Below, piece by piece: positions 63,329 to 64,000 of a stretch of 64,000 nucleotides of DNA. This DNA comes from Blastocladiella emersonii ATCC 22665. Taxonomy: Eukaryota; Fungi; Blastocladiomycota. Both the position numbers and the translations under genes were made by a program. The notes beneath the pieces are model-generated. The model worked only from the letters and a program-made list of their open reading frames with translations, did no database searches and was not told the origin of the DNA. The stretch spans positions 496,001 through 560,000 of the forward strand of contig JANHCV010000001.1 of assembly GCA_025594325.1 (NCBI GenBank). Reading direction: 5' to 3'. Position 1 is the stretch's first letter; each line of letters begins with the position of its first letter.

Positions 63329-64000
63329 CATCGGGAAATTGGGGGTCAAGATCTCAAAGAAATCTAGCTAGATCTCTCATAGATCTTAGGGTTTCGGGGG
63401 CCAAAATAGCTGGGGAAGATCTAGGTAGAAATCCACTGCAAACCTATGTTTTCTATAGATCTCACCATAGATCTATCCCTCCCGTCCAGCCGAGCTCGAC
63501 TCCGTCAGGGCCGATAGATCTTCGCAACGAACGTAGATTCCCCGCCGACGAGGAGATCTGTGAGGTTTTCAAGCGATCTTCGCCAAGCGATAGATCTCAG
63601 CACACAACGGGAGAGTTCGATGAGTTAGAAACAGATCTGTATTGTGCATCAAATCTACGCGTCGTCGTCGTCGTCGCTATCCAGCGCGACTCCGTACGGA
63701 CTCGCGCCTTGGGCACCCGCCGCCGAGGCTGCGGTTGCAGCGGCAGCGGCAGCGGCGGTGGACTTGGTGAACGACCGGCGCACGACCTCCTCCATGATCA
63801 TGCGGACAAACGGGTGAGCGGCCCGGCGACGCTCGATGCTCGCGACCAGCTAGTGGAAGTAGCTGCGGCGGAACATGTCGACATCCACGATGGGCGCCGC
63901 CGGCCCCTGCACGTACGACTGGACCACAGGAGCAAACTACACAGACACGTCGGGGCGTGAGCTACGAAGCGAGTCAGGATCGTGCGCGACGCGTACCAGC
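63329..64000 (-). mobile_element. Right end of a second, oppositely oriented member of the same TIR family, continuing beyond the window
   Basis: 63329-63392 matches the reverse complement of 63095-63158 at 55/64 nt; AGATCT arrays extend to ~63640; carries the homologous last exon 63655-63936 and intron 63937-63996. Confidence 0.75.

Noticed and set aside
63193-63960. 255-aa plus-strand ORF
   Set aside because: It runs across the spacer, TIR and AGATCT arrays and is antisense to the spliced exon, so it is not a plausible gene.
1-64000. tRNA, rRNA, telomeric repeats
   Set aside because: No cloverleaf or T-loop consensus in non-coding context, no rRNA-like segment and no tandem TTAGGG seen by eye. 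A tRNAscan-SE/Infernal run would be needed to exclude small RNAs.

Overview
A GC-rich, intron-containing eukaryotic window. It is most likely from a zoosporic, early-diverging fungus (Blastocladiomycota-like). That is an inference from short GTRCGN...CTRAC...YAG introns, fungal-type Fzo1, a CE4 chitin deacetylase, and retention of full-length RPAP3 and a TFG-like gene. Positions 1-38.1 kb are gene-dense: an MFS transporter, chitin deacetylase, secreted metallophosphoesterase, TFG-like PB1 protein, RPAP3, MTAP, S8 subtilase, CoA Nudix hydrolase, Fzo1, an AT-hook protein, a Reeler protein, a 5'-nucleotidase and several orphans. Positions 38.2-64 kb are mostly an accessory or mobile region, interrupted by one housekeeping gene (a TrmH/SpoU methyltransferase). 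That region holds a solo LTR, a giant-virus-type PD-(D/E)xK endonuclease remnant, orphan ORFs, a decayed LINE (RT + RNase H), an NYN ribonuclease gene, a Helitron-like remnant, a defective Ty1/copia element and two ends-facing copies of an unrecognised TIR element. Two observations stand out. (1) The copia family has LTRs starting AGTT instead of TG, a solo copy with a clean 5-bp target duplication, and an in-register G GGA AAC + hairpin -1 frameshift signal between gag and pol. (2) The DNA transposon family has CATCGGGAAAT termini, a 2-bp flanking duplication, AGATCT palindromes phased at one helical turn, and a spliced internal gene I cannot assign. All homology calls come from motif recognition by eye; no database search was run.
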